Below are positions 62,102-64,000 of a DNA stretch of 64,000 nucleotides, in pieces. Source of the DNA: Candidatus Nitrospinota bacterium M3_3B_026. GTDB taxonomy: Bacteria > Nitrospinota_A > UBA7883 > JBPRGF01. The stretch is from contig JBPRGF010000003.1 of NCBI GenBank assembly GCA_051418015.1, forward strand, positions 160,001 to 224,000, given 5' to 3'. Each line of letters opens with the position of its first letter. Position 1 is the first letter of the stretch. The position numbers and the translations under genes are program-made. The notes below the pieces were generated by a model, which was given only the letters and a program-made list of their open reading frames with translations, did not search any database and was not told the origin of the DNA.

Positions 62102-64000
62102 TCAGTTGATATCGTTATTTTCCGTCTCCGGCCGCCCGGCCGTCAGAAAATGGGCCGCCGCGATGGTCGCGAACCGGGCCCAGACGCTGGCGACAACCAG
62201 CCACATGAACGGCACAGGGTATTGATGGCGGAAAAATGTCCTGTAAAACCGGACCATCCCCCTGTGTTTGTGCCAAAGGACGTTTAATGGCCGCTCCCTG
62301 CTGCACGTCCCCTTGACGTGGGTGATCTCCACGTCCGGCGCGAACATGATCGCCCAGCCTGCCTTGCGGAACCTCATGCACCAGTCGAGGTCCTCGCAGT
62401 GCATGAAATAGGCCTCGTCCAGCGGGCCGACCTGCTCGAGAGCCTCCCGGCGGACGAACATGAAAGCCCCGGACAGCGCTTCTATATACACCGGCTCCGG
62501 GGGCAGGGGCTGGTTGACAAGGACAAAGCTTCTGAACCTGGGGTTATTCGGGAACATCTTGTCCAGGTGGAATATGCGGGTGAAAGTCCTCCACGGCGTC
62601 GGGACCATGCGCCTGCATCCCGCCTGCTCGCTGCCGTCGAGGTTTTTTATCAGGCAACCGGCCATCCCGGCCTCCGGGCGCGAATCCATGAGCCTCTCCA
62701 TCCGCTCGATGGTGTCCGGCTCGATCACGCAATCGGGATTCAGGAACAGCATGTATCTCCCGGAGGCGTAAGGCAGGACTGCGTTGTTCGCCCTGGCGAA
62801 ACCGAGGTTGGCGTTGTTCCCGATGATCCGCAGCCGCGGGTCCCGGCCGAACCTCTTGCGCAGGTACTGGACACTGCCGTCGGTCGACCCATTGTCCGAA
62901 ACGATCACCTCCACCGCCACGTTCGAACTCAACACGGAACGGACACATTCGGTCAACAGCTCGCCCGCGTTGTAATTCACGATAATGACCGACACATCCG
63001 TGGCCCGCGCTCCCGGCTTTGGCGCGGAAGCCCCTGCTTCATCCATGGTCTCCACGGCCTGTGCCTCCGCCGGGAGCGGATCGGCCTCGTCCATCGCCCC
63101 GGCGTCCGTCTCGAAGACCCCGCCGTCCAACGCCGCCTGTTTTCTCTCGCGCTCCATCCGCCGGGACAGCCGGGGCAGAGCGAGCAGGAAGACGAGAAAA
63201 AGCGGATACAAGACCAGCGCCGTCCGCGAGACACCATGTAATCGGTTCACAAGGAAAAGGGAGACGGCGACCGCCAGGACGCCCAGCAACGCGGCCCTCG
63301 ATATGTCCAGGGCGCCGCGGGCCCGCGGAGCCCTGCCGCTGAACCCGGTCAACTTGTAGACAACGTACTGCGCCGCCATGACCACGGGCAGGAGGAACAG
63401 AAAACGCTCCAGGCCGCCTGTCACCAGAAAATAGTCGTACCGGACGACGGACGCGGCGAGCCAGGCGGCGGGGACGGCCAGAAAATCGTAGACGTTCAGC
63501 CACGCCGCCCGCGGCGCCTCGTTCCTCATGCGCCGGGTCATATCGTTTATTCCGCTTTCCATCGTGTGCCGGGGGGACCATCCGAGGGTCTCCATCGTCC
63601 CGGCCGGGTTCACCCGCAGGGAGTTTCGTATTTTTTCCATCGCGGCGGAGTTGAACATCGAGGCCCTGCCGGTGATCTTCTGGATAGCGTCGCCCGCCTT
63701 GCCAGCGAGAGTGAAGAAGGCCCACGGGATCGGCAGGATGACCACACGGCGGCCGAGGGAGTCCGCGATGCGCTTGACAAGCTCCGCGGTGGAGACATCG
63801 CGCCCGTCGTTGACGACGAACGCTCTCCCGGCCGCGGCCGGGTGATCGAGGCATACGGTTATCATATCCACAAGGTTGCCGACGTAGACGAAGCTCCTCA
63901 GGTTTTTCACAGCCGGGACGGGAATGACGCGCCGTGACCTGACGGCCTGGACAAGCCTGCCCATGTTCCCCTTCACGCCGGGGCCGTAAACGAGAGGGGG
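62102..64000 (-). CDS. Fusion protein: NAD-dependent epimerase, 4-TM module and GT2 (5' end outside window)
   Basis: Frame open to the window edge (PLVYGPGVKGN, RSFVYVGNL, LGWSP); 4 TM segments; GT2 VIIVNYN, DNGSTD, FLNPD, HCEDLDWC. Confidence 0.85.
   Translation of the reverse strand, partial: PPLVYGPGVKGNMGRLVQAVRSRRVIPVPAVKNLRSFVYVGNLVDMITVCLDHPAAAGRAFVVNDGRDVSTAELVKRIADSLGRRVVILPIPWAFFTLAGKAGDAIQKITGRASMFNSAAMEKIRNSLRVNPAGTMETLGWSPRHTMESGINDMTRRMRNEAPRAAWLNVYDFLAVPAAWLAASVVRYDYFLVTGGLERFLFLLPVVMAAQYVVYKLTGFSGRAPRARGALDISRAALLGVLAVAVSLFLVNRLHGVSRTALVLYPLFLVFLLALPRLSRRMERERKQAALDGGVFETDAGAMDEADPLPAEAQAVETMDEAGASAPKPGARATDVSVIIVNYNAGELLTECVRSVLSSNVAVEVIVSDNGSTDGSVQYLRKRFGRDPRLRIIGNNANLGFARANNAVLPYASGRYMLFLNPDCVIEPDTIERMERLMDSRPEAGMAGCLIKNLDGSEQAGCRRMVPTPWRTFTRIFHLDKMFPNNPRFRSFVLVNQPLPPEPVYIEALSGAFMFVRREALEQVGPLDEAYFMHCEDLDWCMRFRKAGWAIMFAPDVEITHVKGTCSRERPLNVLWHKHRGMVRFYRTFFRHQYPVPFMWLVVASVWARFATIAAAHFLTAGRPETENNDIN

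Overview
High-GC bacterial chromosomal window, mostly core genes. Gene content and order suggest a Nitrospinota/Nitrospirota/delta-proteobacteria-like organism (inference only). From left to right: clpX(partial)-clpP-tig with tRNA-Leu(TAG) and tRNA-Ser(CGA); aroE-pilT-nrnA; a type IV minor pilin cluster (pilV-pilW-pilX-pilY1-fimT-like); a stand-alone dnaN; greA; an aspartate-family amino acid operon (alaC-hom-apgM-lysC-cimA, then serA); three GT-C membrane glycosyltransferases; clpS and signalling genes; a JAMM peptidase, znuCB and dnaK; pyrF-tatC-DUF72-larE; DUF4388-CheX and spoVG; rpsF-ssb-rpsR-DUF2232-rplI; an AlgE-family porin; and a NusG-paralog-led surface polysaccharide locus. No transposase, integrase, rRNA or CRISPR array was seen. 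The most interesting unannotated signal lies in the apparently empty 30.85-31.36 kb gap: a consensus sigma-54 promoter, two tandem small hydrophobic ORFs (38 and 29 aa, each with a strong SD) that are below the ORF-track cutoff, and a C-rich-loop hairpin. Other oddities are a phage-structural-like domain inserted in PilY1, an IF2_N-TM-coiled-coil protein, an MCP-like receptor with no output domain, a triple-fusion glycosyltransferase, a dispersed REP/REPIN-like family, a degenerate duplication of the tRNA-Ser 3' end, and several probable leaderless genes. All protein family calls come from recognising motifs by eye; no database searches were run.
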